DNA of 64,000 nucleotides from a virus (Duplodnaviria > Heunggongvirae > Uroviricota > Caudoviricetes). The translations under genes were made by a program, and so were the position numbers. This document shows, one piece after another, positions 1 through 8,783 of the stretch (positions are counted from its first letter, which is position 1; each line of letters starts with the position of its first letter). The stretch covers positions 349,489-413,488 of IMG/VR virus record IMGVR_UViG_3300028914_000001; one strand, given 5' to 3'. The notes beneath the pieces were generated by a model. The model did not search any database. It was not told the DNA's origin and saw only the letters and a list, made by a program, of their open reading frames with translations.

Positions 1-52
1 AGACCACTTCAAGATTGACTGGTATATCGAAGTAGGGTTCAAAGACGGTAAA

Positions 53-520
53 GTGGTTGACGACGTTGATAAAGTGTATTACGAGAAGTATGTACACGGA
101 AAGCTGACTTTCGAGGACTTGACTGTTGGCGAAAAACGGTATGGAATGCAAAAGGGGTTCCCGTTGCGGGAATGGGCTAGGAATACCCATAAGACCATCG
201 GAGAGAACTTCGCTCAGGAGTATGTCGCAGCCCTTTCAAGACCGGGATATGAGTTGATTGGCAAAGATGACGCCAAGAAAGCGTGGAAGTCTCGGAACGA
301 AGGTGAACATGACTTCTATGTCATCAAGCGGTGGCTGACCCATCTGGGCAAGTTCGACGAGGTTGTTAAGCTTATGGACGAACGAAAGTCGGAACCGAAG
401 CAGAAACCCAAGCCGACAAAGAAAGCCGTCAAGAAACAAAAGGATTCAAGCATTGACGACATCATGGAAAAACTGAAATCCGACCCGAAGCTGCTCGCCA
501 AGGTCAAGAAAATGCTTTAA
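53..520 (+). CDS. Hypothetical phage protein (true start may lie upstream of the window)
   Basis: 155-aa ORF followed by GGAGG RBS of the next gene; Lys-rich C-terminus. Confidence 0.6.
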   Translation: MVDDVDKVYYEKYVHGKLTFEDLTVGEKRYGMQKGFPLREWARNTHKTIGENFAQEYVAALSRPGYELIGKDDAKKAWKSRNEGEHDFYVIKRWLTHLGKFDEVVKLMDERKSEPKQKPKPTKKAVKKQKDSSIDDIMEKLKSDPKLLAKVKKML

Positions 521-531
521 GGAGGCATCGT

Positions 532-957
532 ATGGAAGAACAGGAAGAAAAAGAAGAAAAGGAAGTGTACAGGGACAGACCAGACTTGGTAGAAGCCCTG
601 AAGGGAACGTATATCCGTCCGTTCATAAAGATTGATGATTGGAATGGGCAAGAATCCGATGCTTTCGCCGAAATACGGTCGATTTCAGAAGTTGTAGGCC
701 AGACATCCGTGAAATTGATTCTTAGAAAGGTATCTTTTGCTAGGAGTCAGAACCATACCGTAATCACCTCGGAAGACGAAACTCCATGGTGGATGTTCAA
801 GAAGAATGCAGATGATGAACTGACTGTCGAGATGATACTTGCCCACAGGATTCAGGTGTCCCGTGAAGAACTGGTCGAATTTGCCAGGAAGACACTACAA
901 CAGTCTTTACAGGTGATGGAAGACATGGGGATAACCAAGGCGGAACTGCTGAGGTAA
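532..957 (+). CDS. Hypothetical protein
   Basis: GGAGG RBS then ATG; 141 aa. Confidence 0.7.
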   Translation: MEEQEEKEEKEVYRDRPDLVEALKGTYIRPFIKIDDWNGQESDAFAEIRSISEVVGQTSVKLILRKVSFARSQNHTVITSEDETPWWMFKKNADDELTVEMILAHRIQVSREELVEFARKTLQQSLQVMEDMGITKAELLR

Positions 958-1260
958 GCGATGACCGACATGACAATCAGACTGTATATCGAAGGCAATT
1001 ACCTGTGCGGCAGACTCTCTATCAATGAGTGGAATGCCCTGTTTGCTCGTTATGAAAATGACCCGAACTCGAAAATCATCGACCACCTTGAGGATTCCGA
1101 GAACGACCGAGACTACGCCGTTATCGAAACCACGTTGCAAACCGTGCTTGACAAGGGTGCCGTTATGGACTTGCAGTTCCTTAGGGCCGTAAAAGAGGGC
1201 GACAAGTGGCAAACCAAATGCTTGCACTAGAGTGTTTACAAGCCCTGAGGTAAGCGATGA
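949..1260 (+). repeat. 16-bp direct repeat CTGAGGTAAGCGATGA (949-964 and 1245-1260) flanking ORF 961-1230
   Basis: Exact match read in the sequence; each copy contains GAGG RBS + ATG. Confidence 0.85.
961..1230 (+). CDS. Hypothetical protein
   Basis: GAGG RBS, 89 aa. Confidence 0.65.
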   Translation: MTDMTIRLYIEGNYLCGRLSINEWNALFARYENDPNSKIIDHLEDSENDRDYAVIETTLQTVLDKGAVMDLQFLRAVKEGDKWQTKCLH

Positions 1261-1262
1261 AG

Positions 1263-1293
1263 AAACCCGCTTGCGAATTGAGCAGGCGGGCTT
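1263..1293. terminator. Probable bidirectional intrinsic terminator
   Basis: AAACCCGCTTGC...GCAGGCGGGCTTT hairpin between convergent genes. Confidence 0.6.
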
Positions 1294-1297
1294 TGGT

Positions 1298-1936
1298 TCA
1301 GTGTGCTCTTATGAAGTTTAAAATCTGGGCTTGATGGGTTTTACAAAAATACTCGGGATTTGGGTTAAAACTATTTTGTATCTTACCTCGTTCGGTGTCA
1401 TCAAAGATTATTAAATGGGTGTCATCGGTATATTTTAAAAACTCCTTATATTTGGTTATTAAAACAATTTTATATTTAGTATTCAAGTTTAAAATTTTCT
1501 GCTCCTTTTCAAAAGTATAATCAAATAAGCTCGGTTCATTTCGTTCATACTCCCCAAGAATAACAAAACTAGGGGGCTCGTTCATTCTTTGTAATCTGCT
1601 TGTATATTTGTCAACTACATATTCCCATATTTTATCATACCATACATCAAATCCTCTTACCATAGGAGTTGTTATGTCTTTATCGAAATAATAATGTGTA
1701 TAATGAACGTCTACTTTATTGTCAATTACCAACTTAAATGTATTTAATGGATTCGGCGACTCGTTAAATTCGGACTTTTCTATTTCAAAGTTATTGAAAT
1801 TTATATTATCCCAATCCTTTATCATATTGTACATACTATCAGCTAATATAGCACACCAAATAAAAGGGTTAGTAAACTGTAATCCATTAAACTTATAGAG
1901 AAATCCGCCAAGGCAATTATTTGACACCACATTCAT
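1298..1936 (-). CDS. DUF1919-family protein (polysaccharide-locus associated)
   Basis: N-terminal VVSNNCLGGFLY...FTNPF matches the family signature; later VHYTHY. Confidence 0.75.
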   Translation of the reverse strand: MNVVSNNCLGGFLYKFNGLQFTNPFIWCAILADSMYNMIKDWDNINFNNFEIEKSEFNESPNPLNTFKLVIDNKVDVHYTHYYFDKDITTPMVRGFDVWYDKIWEYVVDKYTSRLQRMNEPPSFVILGEYERNEPSLFDYTFEKEQKILNLNTKYKIVLITKYKEFLKYTDDTHLIIFDDTERGKIQNSFNPNPEYFCKTHQAQILNFIRAH

Positions 1937-2378
1937 TTTGACCTATCAATGCCTCCCTAAATTTACTTGAACTATAATCATGTTCCCTTTTGTTGTAATA
2001 AATTTTTATTTCTGGAATATCATGTCCCGTATGCGGGGTTCCTTTATATTCTTCCCCAACAAACCTAATAGTTGGCTTGATTATCTTTAACATATTTTCC
2101 AAATCACGCTCAGTATCAAATGGAATAACCATATCGACATACTTATTGGAAGTAACTTGAATCCAGCGTTCAAATGTTGTTTGACATGGTTTGTTCTTGT
2201 TTTTACGTGAAATTGTTGGGTCGGTTAAAAGACCCACTATTAAAAAATCACAATTATGTTTTGCCTCCATGAGCATAAGGTCATGGCCACAGTGGGGTCC
2301 CAACTCAAATGTGCTACACGTAAAGCCGATTACTTTACCTTCCTGCTTTAATTCAATAATTTTATCTAAGCAATCCAT
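1917..2378 (-). CDS. HxGH cytidylyltransferase (TagD/glycerol-3-phosphate cytidylyltransferase-like)
   Basis: IGFTCSTFELGPHCGH, CDFLIVGL, KNKPCQTTFER, REHDYSSS motifs. Confidence 0.85.
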   Translation of the reverse strand: MDCLDKIIELKQEGKVIGFTCSTFELGPHCGHDLMLMEAKHNCDFLIVGLLTDPTISRKNKNKPCQTTFERWIQVTSNKYVDMVIPFDTERDLENMLKIIKPTIRFVGEEYKGTPHTGHDIPEIKIYYNKREHDYSSSKFREALIGQNECGVK

Positions 2379-3393
2379 ATAATTCGATAATCCTCTCAAC
2401 GGTTTTTCCTTTTAATTGTTTATCAGCGTATTTATAAATACGAATCCAATGCGATAGTTCAGAAAGTAAACATAGAGTTTTCATTTGCGAATAGTTATTG
2501 AGTAAGGTATCGTATTCTAGTCTTCTATCATAACGGTTAAACGAATGTAATAACTTCCCAATATCTAAGATGTATGATGAAAACAAGTTATCATCAAAAT
2601 TTGGGTCAATAAGATATACGTTGCCACATACGAAAAGTATGTTATCTACGGTTAAGTCACCATGAGAAAAACTCCGCTTCGATTCGAACTCCTTAGCGTG
2701 TGTCTTGAACAAGCTTAATATACCATCTTTATCCTCTGATGCTATGTCTACTATATTCTCTAGGTGTACTTTGCATCGCTCGATATAGCTATCAAATGAG
2801 GCGTTTGATATACTGGGTATAGTTTTCTCTCTGTTTATAACCTTATCAATTACGTCAAATACGTTGAAGCCATCATCATCCTCGTTGAGATATTCCATGC
2901 ATATAGTTTTCCCAATAACACTATAAATTTTAGGTACCTTGAAGAATGTTTTTGCGACTGAATACCATTTAACCGTTTGTGCGGTATTTTCGGCTGTTTT
3001 ATATACTTTATTGTCACGTAGTTCAGTCACCGCTCCACTCAAACCGCCTTTAAATTGTTCGAAAGTCAAGTTTAAAAATTCTTCGGGTTTATATGCTTTA
3101 TCATCTATATAATATGATGCTAATTTTTTATCGAAACTTAATTCCGTGTATTTGCAGTTATGCTTTTTAAGCCATTCCTCTATTTGGCTGTAGTACTTTA
3201 GCTTGGCCTCTTCTCGTGTTGTGCAAGACAGACTTCCTCTGGCTGTGATGTAATAAACATCCCAGCCTAAATCATATAACTCATTTAGTTTTTGTATCAA
3301 TGCCTCGTTCGCCCGAGCATTTTCAAAATCACGATTTATGGTAAATGAAACACAATCGTCTATATCTACGACAATGCTATGCGGATATGACAT
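2362..3393 (-). CDS. Fusion of HAD-family phosphatase (capsule-biosynthesis type) and APH/choline-kinase-like phosphotransferase
   Basis: IVVDIDD, YITARG, YYIDDKA (HAD); SHGDLTVDNILF...YLIDPN (Brenner motif of APH/ChoK). Confidence 0.8.
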   Translation of the reverse strand: MSYPHSIVVDIDDCVSFTINRDFENARANEALIQKLNELYDLGWDVYYITARGSLSCTTREEAKLKYYSQIEEWLKKHNCKYTELSFDKKLASYYIDDKAYKPEEFLNLTFEQFKGGLSGAVTELRDNKVYKTAENTAQTVKWYSVAKTFFKVPKIYSVIGKTICMEYLNEDDDGFNVFDVIDKVINREKTIPSISNASFDSYIERCKVHLENIVDIASEDKDGILSLFKTHAKEFESKRSFSHGDLTVDNILFVCGNVYLIDPNFDDNLFSSYILDIGKLLHSFNRYDRRLEYDTLLNNYSQMKTLCLLSELSHWIRIYKYADKQLKGKTVERIIELYGLLR

Positions 3394-3394
3394 A

Positions 3395-4030
3395 TCAACC
3401 TCCTATTATTATCGGTGCGTTATACGCATTCAACTTGTAATGGTCTATAAATGTATCGAGCCCAGTAAGTTCGATAATATGGCCAATACAACGGCGTGGA
3501 GCTTTATAAATATTGTACACCTCTGTGTATTCGTTTAAAATAGAAAATAACCATGAGCAATAGAGGTTAAATATCTCTGCTTTACCAACGAACATATTGT
3601 GCTGGCAACTTTGTTTAGCATTAAGTGCTTTCATATATGATTTTACACAACTTGGGCATATATATCGTAATGCGCAATACACATGAAAGACTTCATTTTT
3701 AAGACCCCCAAATCCAAACCCCCGGTCCAAATGCCATAGGCGTGTATTGGGTTCTAGTCCAGTGCGGTGGACTATGATGTCATATTTATTCAATTTTTCG
3801 TTCATCTCGGATTCGTTTATATCGAACGCTTTCCTGTATTGGTCTAGCCCAAATACTTCTGAATTGGTAACATTTTTGTATAGATAATATAGTCCAGTCA
3901 GCTCACAGTACCATGGGTTTAATGAGTCAATGTTTTCCTCAGTATGGGGCTTATCAACATAGTAATGCTCAGTTTTATACTTTCGGCTGATGAATTTTTT
4001 ATTGCTTGGTCCTGAGGTAAAAATTATCAT
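3395..4030 (-). CDS. DUF4422 (GT111-like) glycosyltransferase
   Basis: ENIDSLNPWYCELTGLYY, GLDQYRK, NMFVGK...YCSWLFSIL, RRCIGHIIE. Confidence 0.8.
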   Translation of the reverse strand: MIIFTSGPSNKKFISRKYKTEHYYVDKPHTEENIDSLNPWYCELTGLYYLYKNVTNSEVFGLDQYRKAFDINESEMNEKLNKYDIIVHRTGLEPNTRLWHLDRGFGFGGLKNEVFHVYCALRYICPSCVKSYMKALNAKQSCQHNMFVGKAEIFNLYCSWLFSILNEYTEVYNIYKAPRRCIGHIIELTGLDTFIDHYKLNAYNAPIIIGG

Positions 4031-4038
4031 ATTTCCTC

Positions 4039-5082
4039 CTAAACTCTAACGGCACCATTATTGGAATACGGCGCCCAATATATTTTGTAATTTTTCATTG
4101 TTAGCCAAGCGCCAAAGAAAAACTCGCTAATATAGCCGTTTATTCTTCTGTTATTTTCAGTAAGAATTACCTTTTTATTGTATTCGGCGAATGTATTGAA
4201 AAGCCAATTAAAGTACTCATCAATAACCTGTCTCTTACCAATCATCAAATTTCCTTGACAATGCCATTGCCCATATAAAAACTCATTGAAAAAATTAGCA
4301 ACATCATTTCCGTACATTTCACGCACAGTGCCGATGAACGCAAAGAAGTCATCTTTTTTGCCGTTTCGTATCGGCCAGGTGAAAATATGCGAACCATTTC
4401 CATTTGGATAATGTTCTTTGGCACAAATCACGTCGAAGTCAGTAAGTATAGAGGAGATTTCTGCTTCGCCCAATAAATTATGCTTGGTTGAATCAAGGAA
4501 AAAACGACGATATTGTTCTAGTCCGACGATATTTGCATCGCAGTGTTTCAATAAGTAGTATAATCCGCTCAGCTCACAATACCACGGATTTAATGTATCT
4601 ATATTGTCTCCGTCATGGTGTTCATCTATCAAATACTTCTCACGGATAGTGTCTAATGGACGAAATTCATTCTTGCTACTACCGACTACATATATTTTAA
4701 TGTTTGAGTGCTTGTCTGAATCATGATTTGCAACAGTGGTGGTATCCATTTGTTTATTCTTAGAATGAATCTTTAATTTAAACTCCTGGAATTGTCGTTC
4801 ATGCCAACTAAGTTCATCGTCACTTAACTGTATATAACTATTATGAAAGCTTGGGTCAGCGTAAGTTGGTGAGGCATGAGGTGCATCCTTCATGCGGTTA
4901 ATGATGTTATCTAGCTGAGACCCAGTGCCAAAATGGAACTTCGGCATCTCTCTTTGTCTTGCCTCAAATGCAGCAGCATCCTGTTCAACCTTGGTCGGTA
5001 GTTTAGGGTTTGTCACGGCGGGTACGCCAACATGAGGTGCATTACGCATCCTGTTCAGGATGTCTTCAAAAGACGTTCCCAT
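4039..5082 (-). CDS. DUF4422 (GT111-like) glycosyltransferase with ~125-aa N-terminal extension
   Basis: DNIDTLNPWYCELSGLYY, VGLEQYRRFF, RRINGYISE. Confidence 0.8.
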   Translation of the reverse strand: MGTSFEDILNRMRNAPHVGVPAVTNPKLPTKVEQDAAAFEARQREMPKFHFGTGSQLDNIINRMKDAPHASPTYADPSFHNSYIQLSDDELSWHERQFQEFKLKIHSKNKQMDTTTVANHDSDKHSNIKIYVVGSSKNEFRPLDTIREKYLIDEHHDGDNIDTLNPWYCELSGLYYLLKHCDANIVGLEQYRRFFLDSTKHNLLGEAEISSILTDFDVICAKEHYPNGNGSHIFTWPIRNGKKDDFFAFIGTVREMYGNDVANFFNEFLYGQWHCQGNLMIGKRQVIDEYFNWLFNTFAEYNKKVILTENNRRINGYISEFFFGAWLTMKNYKIYWAPYSNNGAVRV

Positions 5083-5114
5083 CTTTACGCTCTCCTTAAA
5101 ATTTTCTATATTCT

Positions 5115-5126
5115 AGTTTATAAACT
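5115..5126. promoter_or_regulatory. Palindromic AGTTTATAAACT = TATAAACT putative late promoter on both strands
   Basis: Perfect 12-bp palindrome, 33 nt from the DUF4422 start (-) and 29 nt from the PQ-loop start (+). Confidence 0.65.
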
Positions 5127-5154
5127 GATATCGTAACAAGGATTTTTACCACCT

Positions 5155-5514
5155 ATGATAGAGACGCTTTGCTGGCTTTCCGGCATCCTCGGGGCATTCT
5201 TCTTCGCCATCAACCTTGCACCTCAGATAGCCAAGTGCTACCGTACCAAGTCCTGCGGGGGAATCAGCCGCATGTTCCTGGTATTCGCCTTCTGCGGCAA
5301 CATTTTCAGTGCGATTTTCGTGCTGTACACGAACCTGAAGACGGGGCTGTGGCAGTATCCAATCTATTTCAATTACGGCGTGGCCACGTTCCTGACGGCG
5401 GTGCTCACGGTGATGAAGGTCCGTTACAGCCTCCGTTCCGCCCATGTAAGGAACACGATACCCATAATGGGTTACGACGGCTCGTTGGAATACCTTTACG
5501 ACGAAGCGGCTTGA
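5155..5514 (+). CDS. PQ-loop (SemiSWEET-like) three-TM membrane protein
   Basis: LAPQIAKCYRTKSCGGIS PQ-loop motif; three hydrophobic helices. Confidence 0.8.
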   Translation: MIETLCWLSGILGAFFFAINLAPQIAKCYRTKSCGGISRMFLVFAFCGNIFSAIFVLYTNLKTGLWQYPIYFNYGVATFLTAVLTVMKVRYSLRSAHVRNTIPIMGYDGSLEYLYDEAA

Positions 5515-5539
5515 CAACATCCATTGAATTGTGTATATT
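5511..5539 (+). promoter_or_regulatory. Sigma70-like promoter TTGACA-N17-TATATT
   Basis: Exact motif and spacing. Confidence 0.8.
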
Positions 5540-5547
5540 TAACTGGC

Positions 5548-5823
5548 ATGAAGAAGCTGAAGAAATACCTTTCATTGATGGATGTCCCGTACACCGAGAA
5601 GGACAGCGGTGGCAAGCCGATGGTCCAGTTCGAGTACATGGGCGTCGTTTACGCCATCCTGCGGTCCGCATCTGGCAAGGACATGTACTGTGTCCTCATG
5701 GGTTACAACACGAAGGCTCCGAGCGGGCTCGTGATGGGGTTCGATAACTTGAAGGAATGGGTACACCGCCTGAGGTATCCAGAAGATTTTGAACCGGGAT
5801 TGGTCGACCCCCTTGACATGTAG
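5548..5823 (+). CDS. Hypothetical protein (probably leaderless transcript)
   Basis: ATG 8 nt after the -10 box, no SD. Confidence 0.65.
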   Translation: MKKLKKYLSLMDVPYTEKDSGGKPMVQFEYMGVVYAILRSASGKDMYCVLMGYNTKAPSGLVMGFDNLKEWVHRLRYPEDFEPGLVDPLDM

Positions 5824-5841
5824 CTGTGAATTGCGTATATT
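5813..5841 (+). promoter_or_regulatory. Sigma70-like promoter TTGACA-N17-TATATT
   Basis: Exact motif; shares GAATTGYGTATATTTA with the 5511 promoter. Confidence 0.8.
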
Positions 5842-5870
5842 TAGGCTATGTCCACCAAATGGAGATAGCT

Positions 5871-6302
5871 ATGGATAAAACAGAAGATGAACAGCCGTGG
5901 TATGCTGGCCACCGTCTTCCCCCAGAAGTTTTCGGGAAGGTTGCGGACGAATTTTCTGCCGCCCATCCCGAGCTGAAGTGCGAGATACCTGGGCCTAAAT
6001 GGAAGTTCTGCGAGCGTGACGAGATGTCGTTTCGCATTGACGGCGATGCATGGGTGCATGTGACGACTAAACGGTTCCACCCAGGCAACGACATGCATAG
6101 TAACGATTGGGTAGACCGCATAGCTATCCGTGACACCCGAAAACGGCTGCTTGAAGGCCAGCTGACATATCATAACGCACTGACTGCCGAAGATTTCAGA
6201 AAACTTCTTGATGGCCTGTTAGAGGGCCCGTATCCTGGCAAGCATCATCGGCTTGCCGACAAATATCCACCACACGGAGATATACCATGGCCGAACAGAT
6301 AA
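5871..6302 (+). CDS. Hypothetical protein
   Basis: GGAG RBS before ATG. Confidence 0.65.
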   Translation: MDKTEDEQPWYAGHRLPPEVFGKVADEFSAAHPELKCEIPGPKWKFCERDEMSFRIDGDAWVHVTTKRFHPGNDMHSNDWVDRIAIRDTRKRLLEGQLTYHNALTAEDFRKLLDGLLEGPYPGKHHRLADKYPPHGDIPWPNR

Positions 6303-6556
6303 AAGCCCGTTGCGACAGCAACCAATTCAACCATTGGGGCGCCACCGACGACCCCAAGGACCTTACGGTCGGCAAGGAATACGATGTCGACTTCGTAGTA
6401 ATCCACGACAGTTACACCCAGGTCTACCTCGCAGGTGACTGCCATGCCTACAACTCGTGCAACTTCTCCTTCTTCGACAAGTTCGGGGATGAAATCGACA
6501 TTGTCGATTACTTCAACCACCAGCTCGGCATACACAAGTGTTGGCCAAAGAAGTAG
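6287..6556 (+). CDS. Hypothetical protein
   Basis: GGAG RBS; overlaps the previous gene. Confidence 0.65.
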   Translation: MAEQIKARCDSNQFNHWGATDDPKDLTVGKEYDVDFVVIHDSYTQVYLAGDCHAYNSCNFSFFDKFGDEIDIVDYFNHQLGIHKCWPKK

Positions 6557-6559
6557 AGC

Positions 6560-6766
6560 ATGAGCGTAAAATGCAAGAAATTCCAGTGCTGGACGTGGAG
6601 TCCGTTCATGCTTGTCGGGATTTCCCCGAAGATTGAATACTATTGCGGGGAATGCGGCAAGTACAACAAGGGCCGTTTCAACACCAATAGCTATGACAGG
6701 GCGGGCGGCCACCTTAAATGCGCCCATTGCGGGACGGAAAACATAATTCCCGTCTCGGTTGTCTGA
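6560..6766 (+). CDS. Small zinc-ribbon protein
   Basis: CGEC...CAHC pairs. Confidence 0.6.
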   Translation: MSVKCKKFQCWTWSPFMLVGISPKIEYYCGECGKYNKGRFNTNSYDRAGGHLKCAHCGTENIIPVSVV

Positions 6767-6777
6767 CGAGGTGCCCG

Positions 6778-7014
6778 ATGCCAAGACACAAGTACGGAGT
6801 AGACCTGTCTGAACGCTTCAAGGAGTATAAGCCATACTACCGTTACATGAAGCGTTGCAAGGGTTTCCGTGAAGCTCTCATGCATGGCGGAGCCGTAGTG
6901 CATGACTATGACTTGAATACGACCATGCATCTTAGGCTGCGAAAGGACGGCAAGACCATCTACGACGATGCCGCATGGTATTTCTTCGAACACACGCACG
7001 ATGTGCTAACATAA
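6778..7014 (+). CDS. Hypothetical protein
   Basis: GAGGTG RBS before ATG. Confidence 0.55.
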   Translation: MPRHKYGVDLSERFKEYKPYYRYMKRCKGFREALMHGGAVVHDYDLNTTMHLRLRKDGKTIYDDAAWYFFEHTHDVLT

Positions 7015-7038
7015 CAGGTAATTCAAAGGAGATTGACT

Positions 7039-7554
7039 ATGTTCTATATCGAACGAAGCGTACAGGGCCCTCCCCTGTGCAGCGACATCCACGACTGCTA
7101 CGGCATGAAGGAAGACGGCGAGCTTGGCTGGATTCGTGACGGCCTCCGTGCCATCGGGTTCGAGACCAAGATTGAAGCGGAAGATTTCGCAATGACCCAC
7201 GGTTTCAACCTCTGGGTTCCAGCCAGCGAGTACGACCCACGCTACCTCATCGTCGAGGAACTCCGTGTTCCCGAGATTGGCGACATCGTCAAGAAGTACA
7301 ACGCAAGGCTCTCCGTAGGCATGTTCGGTGGCGGCCCCGTCATCTCGTGGGGCAACGAGAAGTACTTCATCAAGGTCGTGACCAACACCGACGTGGACAG
7401 CTCCCCGTCGAGGAATCGGCCCGAGTACGTCTATGTCGTAGGCGCCCGTCTCATGGACACCGAAAGCAATACGGTAGTCGACGAGGTTTTCAACCCGACC
7501 TACAAACAGATGGAAGAGTTCGTCAACAAGTGCGTCACGGAACACGGGGTGTAA
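7039..7554 (+). CDS. Hypothetical protein
   Basis: AAGGAG RBS; phage codon bias. Confidence 0.7.
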   Translation: MFYIERSVQGPPLCSDIHDCYGMKEDGELGWIRDGLRAIGFETKIEAEDFAMTHGFNLWVPASEYDPRYLIVEELRVPEIGDIVKKYNARLSVGMFGGGPVISWGNEKYFIKVVTNTDVDSSPSRNRPEYVYVVGARLMDTESNTVVDEVFNPTYKQMEEFVNKCVTEHGV

Positions 7555-7556
7555 CC

Positions 7557-7820
7557 ATGGCGAAGAAACCCATCGAAGAACTGGTCGATATCCTGAAAGG
7601 CCATATCGACGATAAGAACCTGAGCGGTGGCAGCGACCGTCTCCACATCACCGTCACGACAGAGGTGGACATCATCATCGAGATGTTCGGACCCCTGTAT
7701 GAAGTGTGGATTCAGAACCATGAGGAAGGCGAGGGCTGTACCGTGGCAAGGAACGAAGACCGATTCCGGGTGGCATCATTCATCCTGTCGGTATTTTCAT
7801 TGAACGGGGTGAAGAAATGA
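7557..7820 (+). CDS. Hypothetical protein
   Basis: Start MAKKPIEEL just after previous stop. Confidence 0.6.
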   Translation: MAKKPIEELVDILKGHIDDKNLSGGSDRLHITVTTEVDIIIEMFGPLYEVWIQNHEEGEGCTVARNEDRFRVASFILSVFSLNGVKK

Positions 7821-8170
7821 TGAACTTCATCCGATTCGAGTATCTGCTTGCTGCGGGAATGGTAGTCGAGAATGTCGAGCGAATCACGATGTCCGAATTA
7901 AACGAGTTCAGGCTGAAGGTGCAGCAGGAGTTCGACAGGCGCCATATCGAGGCGATGTTCCTGTTCAGCAGCAAGTATGCCGAGGAGGCGATGCTCGACT
8001 ACCCCGGCCTGTTCCAGTTCGAGGACAGCGCATGTACGGCAATCATCAGGAAGCCTGGGGTTGACAACCAGAAGCTTATAGAGAAGTTCTTCGCCTACCT
8101 GTCCACTGACGACCTGGGAGCAATCATCGCCGTCGCCAAGGAACACTACACGACCGAGGGATTTGAATAA
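7817..8170 (+). CDS. Hypothetical protein
   Basis: ATGA overlap with previous gene. Confidence 0.65.
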   Translation: MMNFIRFEYLLAAGMVVENVERITMSELNEFRLKVQQEFDRRHIEAMFLFSSKYAEEAMLDYPGLFQFEDSACTAIIRKPGVDNQKLIEKFFAYLSTDDLGAIIAVAKEHYTTEGFE

Positions 8171-8532
8171 TGACCACGAACGCACCGAACAAGTACAGGC
8201 TCAATCCGTTGAAGATGCCTCCTGATGCGTTCCCAGCAGCGCCTCCCCCGAAGAACCGTGTTCCGTTCTTGGACATATTTGCACTGCAGGAGGAAGTCAA
8301 AAGGCTTCGCAAGGAAAACGAGAATATCAAGAAGGGATTGCCAGTATGGCATAAGGCGTCTGGTCTCGACAATGTCGGCGACAACACATGGTGCATCCTG
8401 TACAGCAAGCTACATGGCATTGGAATCGGGTATTGGAGTCCGTACTACGGATGGATGTTCTACAAGGAGAACCTCATCCAGACGGACAGTGTGACCCACT
8501 GGATGCCATTCCCAGATGCACCAAAGGATTGA
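8170..8532 (+). CDS. DUF551-like phage protein
   Basis: C-terminal VTHWMPFPDAPK signature. Confidence 0.65.
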   Translation: MTTNAPNKYRLNPLKMPPDAFPAAPPPKNRVPFLDIFALQEEVKRLRKENENIKKGLPVWHKASGLDNVGDNTWCILYSKLHGIGIGYWSPYYGWMFYKENLIQTDSVTHWMPFPDAPKD

Positions 8533-8534
8533 TT

Positions 8535-8780
8535 ATGCAATTCAGAATTATCAAGGAAACGATTGAAAAGGACGACGGTTCAACCCAAGTCTTTTTCTAC
8601 CCGCAGAAGAAGGGATGGTTCTTCTGGAACTACTTCTACTACTATAACGGAACCTGCCCGTTTGAATACCGTTTCGTGACCGCTGATGAAGCCGAGCGTT
8701 TCATCGAAAGGGAAGTCAAGAACAGCAGTTCTTCGGCTACCATAGTCGTGAAGGAATTTACAATCAAAAACAGTAGGTAA
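8535..8780 (+). CDS. Hypothetical protein
   Basis: MQFRIIKE...FYPQKKGWFFWNY; AAGGA RBS. Confidence 0.6.
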   Translation: MQFRIIKETIEKDDGSTQVFFYPQKKGWFFWNYFYYYNGTCPFEYRFVTADEAERFIEREVKNSSSSATIVVKEFTIKNSR

Positions 8781-8783
8781 AAC

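Noticed and set aside
5524-5870. Two ORFs both beginning MNCVYL (5524 and 5826), suggesting paralogous leaders
   Set aside because: Artefact of translating the shared promoter sequence GAATTGYGTATATTTA; the real starts are 5548 and 5871
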